From an uncultured Dysosmobacter sp. (lineage in GTDB: Bacteria > Bacillota > Clostridia > Oscillospirales > Oscillospiraceae): a stretch of DNA of 48,188 nucleotides. Location of the stretch: positions 1-48,188 of the forward strand of contig CAUWEK010000001.1 in assembly GCA_963557435.1 (NCBI GenBank). The letters are read 5' to 3'. Each line of letters starts with the position of its first letter. Positions within the stretch are counted from its first letter, which is position 1. Below, in pieces: positions 41,643 through 48,188 of the stretch. The notes under the pieces were generated by a model that was given only the letters and a program-made list of their open reading frames with translations, was not told the origin of the DNA and made no database searches. Made by a program: the position numbers and the translations under genes.

Positions 41643-42749
41643 ATGCCGGCTGTCTTGTTCACCGCCTCCACCTGGTCCCATATCGCCCACTTCCACCGTC
41701 CTTACCTGCGTGCCTTTCATGATCTTGGCTGGCAGGTACACGCGGCCTGCGGCGGCGCTTCCCTGACCATCCCGGAGGCGGACGCCTGCTTTTCCGTTCC
41801 GTTTGAAAAAAAGATGACCGCCCCGGCCAATTTCCGCGCCCAGGCCTGTCTGCGTGCCCTTATGACACAGCATCACTATGATCTGGTCATCACCCACACG
41901 TCCCTGGCCGCCTTTTTCACCCGCCGGGCTGCCTCCGCTCTGCGCTCTCGTCCGGCTGTGGTAAACGTGGCCCACGGATATCTCTTCGATGACGAAACAC
42001 CGCCGGTGAAAAAAGCCGTCCTCGCATTGGCCGAGCGCCTGACCGCCTCTCAGACGGATCTGCTTTTGACCATGAACGACTACGACACCCGCTTTGCCCG
42101 GCGCTATCGCCTGGGGTGCCGGGTGGAGCAGATCCCCGGCATGGGCGTGGATTTTTCCCGCTTCCCGGCGGTCTCTTCCCAGGAGCGCCGGTCCTTGCGT
42201 CAGGAGCGCGGCATTGCGCCGGACGCCTTTGTCCTGCTCTATGCGGCGGAATTTTCCAAACGCAAAAGTCAGTCCACCCTGCTGCGGGCCATGTCCCTTC
42301 TGCCAAAGCGCGTGGTCCTGGCCCTGCCCGGCCAGGGGACGCTTCTGGACGAGTGCCGGCATCTTGCCCGGGACCTCGGCCTGAAGGACCGGGTGCTCTT
42401 TCCCGGTTACTGTGCCGATATGGCCCCCTGGTATGCCCTGGCGGACTGTGCTGTCTCCGCCAGCCGGTCAGAGGGACTGCCCTTCAATATCATGGAGGCC
42501 ATGCACGCCTCGCTCCCGGTGGTGGCCACTGCTGTCAAGGGCCATACGGACCTGGTGACGCCGGGCCAAACAGGCTTTTTGTTCCCCTACGGCGACGAAA
42601 CGTCCTTCGCCGGGGCCATTGAGCAGCTCCTAAGCCATCCGGACCGCACCGCAGCCATGGGCCGTGCCGCCGCCCGTTCCGCTGAACCCTATGCACTCGA
42701 CCGTGTACTGCCCCAGGTCATGGAGCTGTATCTTTCCGCTGTGCAGTAA
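41643..42749 (+). CDS. GT4 glycosyltransferase (EpsD-like)
   Basis: HI.HFH.PYL, AHGY, GMGVD, S.SEGLPFNIMEAM (EX7E motif). Confidence 0.9.
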   Translation: MPAVLFTASTWSHIAHFHRPYLRAFHDLGWQVHAACGGASLTIPEADACFSVPFEKKMTAPANFRAQACLRALMTQHHYDLVITHTSLAAFFTRRAASALRSRPAVVNVAHGYLFDDETPPVKKAVLALAERLTASQTDLLLTMNDYDTRFARRYRLGCRVEQIPGMGVDFSRFPAVSSQERRSLRQERGIAPDAFVLLYAAEFSKRKSQSTLLRAMSLLPKRVVLALPGQGTLLDECRHLARDLGLKDRVLFPGYCADMAPWYALADCAVSASRSEGLPFNIMEAMHASLPVVATAVKGHTDLVTPGQTGFLFPYGDETSFAGAIEQLLSHPDRTAAMGRAAARSAEPYALDRVLPQVMELYLSAVQ

Positions 42750-42785
42750 AAAAGGTCCCGCGCCTTTCGGCGCGGGACCTTTTTT
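42748..42785. terminator. Bidirectional terminator
   Basis: AAAAAAGGTCCCGCGCC-TTTC-GGCGCGGGACCTTTTTT. Confidence 0.85.
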
Positions 42786-42900
42786 ACTGCGGTGCCTCGA
42801 CTTCTTCTGCCTTGGAAACAGGCAGATAGCCCTCCGGAACTTCCCGCGTTTCCACGCGCTGAGAACCGTCTGCTCCGCAGACCAACACTCTGATCGTCAT
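42784..42900 (-). CDS. 38-aa small ORF (MTIRVLVCGADGSQRVETREVPEGYLPVSKAEEVEAPQ), absent from the ORF track
   Basis: ATGA overlap with the upstream gene stop; SD-like GGGGTG; stop codon sits at the terminator. Confidence 0.65.
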   Translation of the reverse strand: MTIRVLVCGADGSQRVETREVPEGYLPVSKAEEVEAPQ

Positions 42901-43640
42901 CGTTTCACCCCATAGATCTGAATTTCGCTGCCCGGCTGGACCAGCTCACCCTCTTCTCCCACAAAATTGATGGTCTGCATCTGGGATGCCTCCAACACGC
43001 TCTTTTTCATCGCGCTGCCGGATAGATTGGCCTTGCTATCGGAGCTGATACTGCAGTTCATCGCTTTGATCTCTCCGTCCAGCTCCATCAGATCGAGCCT
43101 GTAAAAAATCCCCATTTTCATATTGCGGCAGGTCGTCAAACAGTCCTGGCTGCTGCCCAATTCCTCGTAGCCTCCATCCGCGACCTGGTTGATCCGCACA
43201 TAGAAAATCGATGAGGTTGCGGTTTCGCTGCCCTTCAGTCTGGGCACGATCACAAGATAGCTGTACGTATTCAAAGAGATATCCCTCATATCCACATCCA
43301 CCTGGTTGACCGCCTGACTGACCGTGACCGCCCGCAGCTTCACAAAAGGCATGGCATCCACCAGCGCCTGGAGCTGCGCCAGGACCGTCTTGTCTGCCTT
43401 GCTGCTCTCCAGCGCAGCCAACCCCTCAGATGCCTCCTGCTTGGCAGCGGCGACTGCCTGGGCGGCCTCCTGCTTGGCAGCCGAGACCGCTTCTTCCCGG
43501 CTTCTCGTCTCCGTCTCCAGCCCTTGCTTCAGCGTGGACAGGCCGCTTTCCACATTGGCGTTGTCCCGGTTGAAGTCCTCCCGGAGGATCCGGTCTTCCG
43601 CATCCCACTGATTGAGCCGGTAGTTTTCGGTATAGTTCAT
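42897..43640 (-). CDS. Hypothetical protein: phage-tail-fibre-like N-terminus, coiled coil, beta-rich C-terminal domain
   Basis: T.NY.LNQW...D.I.REDFN.DN..V start; 11-aa repeat AV.AAKQEA; SD GGAGGGGGTG. Confidence 0.7.
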   Translation of the reverse strand: MNYTENYRLNQWDAEDRILREDFNRDNANVESGLSTLKQGLETETRSREEAVSAAKQEAAQAVAAAKQEASEGLAALESSKADKTVLAQLQALVDAMPFVKLRAVTVSQAVNQVDVDMRDISLNTYSYLVIVPRLKGSETATSSIFYVRINQVADGGYEELGSSQDCLTTCRNMKMGIFYRLDLMELDGEIKAMNCSISSDSKANLSGSAMKKSVLEASQMQTINFVGEEGELVQPGSEIQIYGVKR

Positions 43641-43691
43641 TCGCTCACCCCCTCCCCATCCCCGTTGGATTCACCCTTTCCCTCCCAACGC

Positions 43692-43723
43692 ATAAAACGT
43701 GCACCTTCATGTGCACGTTTTAT
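43692..43723. repeat. Perfect 13-6-13 inverted repeat
   Basis: ATAAAACGTGCAC-CTTCAT-GTGCACGTTTTAT. Confidence 0.85.
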
Positions 43724-43760
43724 AAAAAAACACGCGGGAGCTGATCTCCCGCGTGTTTTT
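43724..43760 (-). terminator. Terminator of the O-antigen-ligase-like gene
   Basis: AAAAAAACACGCGGGAG-CTGAT-CTCCCGCGTGTTTTT. Confidence 0.8.
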
Positions 43761-43778
43761 CCCGGTTTTTCAGAGCCG

Positions 43779-46181
43779 TTACTGGAAATAGTCCTGCAAG
43801 GCATCGTAAGCGCTCTGCCCGTCGGTACCCACCTGGGCCACCGCGGCATCCAAAAACGCCTGGTTTTCCTCGCTGAGCTGGATCTGCTCCATCCGCCCGC
43901 TGTCATTGAAGTCCGTCAGCAGCTGCGCAAAGCGCGCCACGCTGTCCAGATACGCCTCCATCTCCTCGGGCTCCAGCTGGGCGCCCGCCTGGGCATAAAG
44001 GTGCGCGACACTGTTCCAGGCGCCCGGATTGGACGCCTCCTGCTCCAGGCCTGTCCGGCAGGCATCAAAGAAGCCGTCAAAGTCCCGCAGGGGCAGGTAG
44101 TAGTAAGCCGCCACATAGTAGCAATTGTTGAACTCCTCCGATGCCAGCAGCGTCTTGGCATATCGGTTGGCGATGCCCCTGCCCGTGGTGTTGCCCAGCT
44201 GCAGGGCATTGACCATGGCGTTGGCCTGGTAAGCGGAGTCATCGTATACCTCCATCCGGTCCAGCATCTGCAGCTTGGAGACAAACTGGGAACGGGTCAG
44301 CTCCTGGTCCTCCAGTCCGCGGAACATAGCGGACGCCGTCAGGGAGCTGACCTGCAGCGCTGTGAACACCACCGCCACAGCCCAAAGGCCCGCCGCCAGG
44401 CATGCCGTGCCCCGCTGGGCACGGCGGGTCTCGCCGGCGGCGTGATAACGGATGACCATAGCGGCCAGGAGAAGGAATACCACCACCTGGTACATCTGCG
44501 CAGACCAGACCACCTCCGTCATGGAGTGGGCGATCATCATGGTCAGGCAGGCGGCAAAGAGCGCGAACTCCCCGCCCCGGTCGGCGTCCTTCCGGCGCCG
44601 GACCAGCAGTGCAATGGCGCTGCCCAGCAAAAACAAGAACGCCGCCAGGCCCACGATACCGGCCTCGTCCATGATCTGAATGAACTGGTTGTGGATATAT
44701 TTGGACTCATAGTAGAAGCTCTGCACAGCCGTCAGACGGCCTTCCACGCCGCCCACGCCCCAGCCGATCACGGGGCTTTGCTGCCACAGCTTCAGTCCGT
44801 CCCGGAAGAACACCAGCCGCTGGATGAAGTTCTGGTTGGCCCACAGGCCCTGGAGACGGTTGGCCGCAAAGCCCGGCAGCAGCTTGTAGCCAAGCGGCAG
44901 CTTTGTGCCGTCGGAGAGGGTCACGGATTCCACACGGCCCTCGCCGGTCAGCTGGAACCACACCACCCGGGTCCCTTCTTCCACGGTGATCTCCGCCTGG
45001 GACAACGTGCCCTCATAGAGCACCGTCTCCGTGTGCATCATCAGCTGGGCCTCATTCTGCGCATAGATCCGCACCTGGGGATCCGCCCCTTCCACGGAGA
45101 CGGTGTAGGTCCCCGCATCAGGGTAAACGGCACGGGACACCGTCTCGCCTGCGGTCAGCTGCAGCGCGCCGGTGAGGTTGAACGCCAGCACCACATAAAG
45201 CACCGCCGCGCCGGCCAATACAGCGCCTGCAATGGCCACCGCCCGGCTCCGGCCCTCCATGGCCCGCACCAGCTTCTGGCCCACGAAGCGGTCCAGCGCC
45301 CAAATGAGGACGCCGCACACCACCGCCAGCAGCACCGGCACCACGCTGCCCGTTCCCAAAAAGCCGTAGGCGCCAAAGGAGCACACCAGCGTCACCAGCA
45401 CGCACTCCAGCATCAGCACAAAGGCCTCCAGCCGGGCGCCCCGGCCCACGCAGACGAGATACACCACGCACGTCAGAGCAAAAGCAGCCATGGCGCCCAT
45501 GGAGAAAGAGAGGAAGAACGCCAGAGCGTCCACACCCAAGGTCACCGCGGCTGCGGCGCGCTCTTTCCCGCAGCCGGCCGTACGGTAGAGATACAGTCCC
45601 AGCACCAGTCCAAACGCGATGAGGCCTGCGGAGACATTGGCGTTGGAGAAAATACCGGTGATCCGCACGCCCTCCTCATAGCCCATGGTCTCCAGAGGGT
45701 AGCTGCAGCCCAGCAGCTTCATCAGTGCGGAAAAGCCTCGGGTCAGCAGCTGAGAGCTGCTCGCCTCGATACACAAAAGCGACACCGCAGCCACGACGCC
45801 GTGGAGCGACCACAAGAGCGTGCGCAAACGGCCTTCCTCTGTCCGCGCCAGGGCCAGGCCGAAGGCCGCCAGCGCCGCCAGCATCTTCGTGCTCTCCTGG
45901 GCGGCATAGGCGCCGAAATCGCACCAAAGTCCAGAGAGCAGATAGACCAGGGCGTAGGCCACGACGGCCAGCGTCACCCAGCCGCCCCGCGCACGCAGAT
46001 TTCCCCAGGGCGTCCGGCCCACAGACAGCACCAGAGCCACCACCACGAGGCCCACCACCGCCTGCCGGCTGATGCCGGTAATGGCCAGGAAGAGAAACAG
46101 CGGCAGCAAATACGGATACACAGACCCCAGCACACTCCGGGACGGCGTCCCGCTTTGAGCCGGGCGTTGAAATTTAGCCAA
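43779..46181 (-). CDS. O-antigen ligase (Wzy_C)-like large membrane protein
   Basis: RITGIFSNAN, SFSMGA, QR..FF.DGLKL...SP.IGWG.GG, YIHNQFIQ...E.GIVG, HS..E; TTG start; promoter TTGAAA-17-TATAAT (46245-46217). Confidence 0.8.
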   Translation of the reverse strand: MAKFQRPAQSGTPSRSVLGSVYPYLLPLFLFLAITGISRQAVVGLVVVALVLSVGRTPWGNLRARGGWVTLAVVAYALVYLLSGLWCDFGAYAAQESTKMLAALAAFGLALARTEEGRLRTLLWSLHGVVAAVSLLCIEASSSQLLTRGFSALMKLLGCSYPLETMGYEEGVRITGIFSNANVSAGLIAFGLVLGLYLYRTAGCGKERAAAAVTLGVDALAFFLSFSMGAMAAFALTCVVYLVCVGRGARLEAFVLMLECVLVTLVCSFGAYGFLGTGSVVPVLLAVVCGVLIWALDRFVGQKLVRAMEGRSRAVAIAGAVLAGAAVLYVVLAFNLTGALQLTAGETVSRAVYPDAGTYTVSVEGADPQVRIYAQNEAQLMMHTETVLYEGTLSQAEITVEEGTRVVWFQLTGEGRVESVTLSDGTKLPLGYKLLPGFAANRLQGLWANQNFIQRLVFFRDGLKLWQQSPVIGWGVGGVEGRLTAVQSFYYESKYIHNQFIQIMDEAGIVGLAAFLFLLGSAIALLVRRRKDADRGGEFALFAACLTMMIAHSMTEVVWSAQMYQVVVFLLLAAMVIRYHAAGETRRAQRGTACLAAGLWAVAVVFTALQVSSLTASAMFRGLEDQELTRSQFVSKLQMLDRMEVYDDSAYQANAMVNALQLGNTTGRGIANRYAKTLLASEEFNNCYYVAAYYYLPLRDFDGFFDACRTGLEQEASNPGAWNSVAHLYAQAGAQLEPEEMEAYLDSVARFAQLLTDFNDSGRMEQIQLSEENQAFLDAAVAQVGTDGQSAYDALQDYFQ

Positions 46182-46282
46182 GGAACTTCACTCCCATACA
46201 TAATAATCGCGGAGGTATTATACATGCTTTCACCTATATTTTCAACCATTTCCAGCAAAACCATACCTTGCCGAAAAAATGA

Positions 46283-46311
46283 AAGCGCCTCCGGCGGTGC
46301 CGGAGGCGCTT
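46283..46311 (-). terminator. Terminator of pyk
   Basis: AAGCGCCTCCGGC-GGT-GCCGGAGGCGCTT. Confidence 0.7.
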
Positions 46312-46324
46312 GAGTTTCTCTCTA

Positions 46325-48064
46325 TTACTCCGGCAGCGTCTGCACCCCGCCGCGCCCGCAGTCCCCAGACACCCGGGTACCGTCCTTGAGGCGGCGCGTG
46401 GCGTCCGCAGCGCCCACGATCACCGGCTTATCCAGCGTCAGTCCCACGGTGGCCGTGTGGCAGTCGGCGCTGGCCTCCTCGCTGATGACGGCAGAAGCCT
46501 GCCGGATATAGGGCAGCAGGTCGTTGGTGGTGTAGGGCACCACCAGCACGTCGCCCTCCCGGAACTTCTCCGCCACTTCCTCCAGTGTACGGCACACGCA
46601 CAGCCGGCCGCTGGCCTTCTTGTCGCCGATGCCGATGGCGTTGATGAGGGAGCCGCCCACCTGCTGGACCCGGATCATGTTGGTGGTGCCGGCCACGCCC
46701 ACGGGCACGCCGGCGGTGACCACCACCAGGTCGCCCTGGTGGACGATGCCCGCTTTTTCCGCGGCGGTGACGGCAAACTCCACCAGCTCGTCGGTATTGC
46801 TGGCGTAAGGCATGGTCACCGGCTCCACGCCCCAGTAAAGGGCCATCTGCCGGCGCACCTGCTCATCCAGCAGCAGCGCCACGATGGTGGTGCGGGGACG
46901 GAACCGGCTGACCATCTGGGCGGTGACGCCCCGCTGGCTGACGGTGAGGATGGCGTCGGCGCCGATGTCCATGGCGGTAGTGCAGGCGGCATGGGCCATG
47001 GCGGTGGTAACAGACAGCCGCTCCTTGCCGGAGACCTTCAGGGGCTTGGCCCGGTCGATGTTGGCCTCCGTCCGGCGGGCGATGGCGTCCATGGTGTGGA
47101 CGGCCTCCACCGGGTACTTGCCTGCGGCGGTCTCGCCGGAGAGCATGATGGCGGAGGTGCCGTCATAGATGGCATTGGCCACGTCGGTGATCTCCGCTCG
47201 GGTGGGCCGGGGATTTTCGATCATGGAATCCAGCATCTGGGTGGCGGTGATGACGGGCTTGCCGCAGGCCACGCACTGGGCGATCATGTCCTTTTGGATC
47301 ACGGGGATCTCCGTAAAGTCGATCTCCACGCCCATGTCGCCCCGGGCCACCATGATGCCGTCGGCCACGTTGAGGATGTCCGGCAGGTTGCTGACGCCCT
47401 CCCGGTTTTCGATCTTGGCGATGATGCGGATATGGGAATCCTCCTGGTCCAGGATCTGCCGCAGCTCCCGGATGTCGGCGGCGGTGCGGACGAAACTGGC
47501 GGCAATGTAGTCAAACCCCTCCCGGATGCCGAAGAGGATGTCCTCCCGGTCCCGCTGGCTCACGTAGGGCATGGACAGCCGCACGCCGGGGATGTTGACA
47601 CCCTTGTTGTTTTTCATGATGCCGCTGTTTTCCACATGGCAGCGGATGTCTGTGTCGGTGGTATCCAGGACCGTCATGCGCACCAGTCCGTCATCCAGCA
47701 AAATGGTATCGCCGGCCTTCACGTCGCCGGGCAAGTCGTTGTAGGTGATGGAACAGCACGTCTCATCGCCCACCACCTCCCGGGTGGTCAGGGTGAACTC
47801 CGTATCGGCCTTGAGCTCCACAGAGCCGCCCGCGAAGGACTTCAGCCGCACCTCGGGACCCTTGGTGTCCAGCATGGCGGCAATGGGCAGATTCAGCTCC
47901 TGGCGCAGGGCCGTCAGTGCATCCAGCCGGGCCTTGTGGCCTTCATGGGTGCCGTGGGAAAAGTTGAAGCGAGCCACGTTCATGCCCGCCAGCGCCATCT
48001 CCCGCAGGACGCCCTCTCCGTCCGTAGCGGGGCCCAACGTGCACACGATCTTCGTTTTTCTCAT
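46325..48064 (-). CDS. pyk: Pyruvate kinase with C-terminal PEP-utiliser swivel domain
   Basis: RKTKIVCTLGPA, RFNFSHG, DTKGPE, IIAKIEN, MVARGDMG, TATQML, PTRAE, MLSGETA. Confidence 0.97.
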   Translation of the reverse strand: MRKTKIVCTLGPATDGEGVLREMALAGMNVARFNFSHGTHEGHKARLDALTALRQELNLPIAAMLDTKGPEVRLKSFAGGSVELKADTEFTLTTREVVGDETCCSITYNDLPGDVKAGDTILLDDGLVRMTVLDTTDTDIRCHVENSGIMKNNKGVNIPGVRLSMPYVSQRDREDILFGIREGFDYIAASFVRTAADIRELRQILDQEDSHIRIIAKIENREGVSNLPDILNVADGIMVARGDMGVEIDFTEIPVIQKDMIAQCVACGKPVITATQMLDSMIENPRPTRAEITDVANAIYDGTSAIMLSGETAAGKYPVEAVHTMDAIARRTEANIDRAKPLKVSGKERLSVTTAMAHAACTTAMDIGADAILTVSQRGVTAQMVSRFRPRTTIVALLLDEQVRRQMALYWGVEPVTMPYASNTDELVEFAVTAAEKAGIVHQGDLVVVTAGVPVGVAGTTNMIRVQQVGGSLINAIGIGDKKASGRLCVCRTLEEVAEKFREGDVLVVPYTTNDLLPYIRQASAVISEEASADCHTATVGLTLDKPVIVGAADATRRLKDGTRVSGDCGRGGVQTLPE

Positions 48065-48087
48065 CGATATAAACCACCTTTCTTAAA

Positions 48088-48101
48088 GGTAATCGTTTTC
48101 T
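48088..48101. promoter_or_regulatory. LacI/CcpA-type operator candidate upstream of pyk
   Basis: GGTAATCGTTTTCT (GNAANCGNTTNC pattern) between extended -10 TGcTAGAAT and the SD. Confidence 0.45.
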
Positions 48102-48188
48102 CAACGGAGTTAATTCTAGCACAAGCCGCGGCTCCACGAAAGAGGACATTTCGTAAAATTTGCGTGAACAGGTTTGGGGAAAAAGTCA

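Noticed and set aside
42897-43300. Low-GC C-terminus as a diversity-generating retroelement variable region
   Set aside because: No reverse transcriptase and no template repeat in the window

Overview
A 48 kb, GC-rich, gene-dense chromosomal segment from an anaerobic Firmicute. Gene content and Shine-Dalgarno/promoter style suggest Oscillospiraceae (inference). I see no tRNA, rRNA, CRISPR array, IS element or integrase. Left to right: 3' end of ftsH; GNAT; a membrane-anchored XRE regulator; a MarR-controlled heterodimeric ABC exporter plus YitT; a candidate stand-alone ~105-nt sRNA (8036-8139); a DUF2975/YozG/DUF4153-type operon; a ~14 kb organic-acid catabolic region (IclR, FabZ-like hotdog protein, malic enzyme, LarA-family racemase, LysR, two tandem DASS transporters, a PrpR-like sigma54 activator, HMG-CoA-lyase-family lyase, family III CoA-transferase, AEC transporter) carrying four sigma54 promoters; trkAH; a complete FASII operon with a FabX-like Cys-motif flavoprotein and a downstream MarR; gluQ; a surface-glycosylation group (WcaJ-like, GT4, O-antigen-ligase-like) interrupted by an orphan phage-tail-fibre-like gene plus an unannotated 38-aa ORF; and pyruvate kinase. 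The strongest candidates for something undescribed are (1) the sRNA with an anti-SD/anti-AUG loop and an upstream OmpR-type box, (2) the sigma54 hydroxy-dicarboxylate uptake and cleavage regulon with a possible intragenic enhancer, and (3) the orphan tail-fibre-like cassette behind a 13-6-13 inverted repeat. Two short clusters of G substitutions at gene ends look like sequencing artefacts. All family calls come from motif recognition by eye, not database searches.
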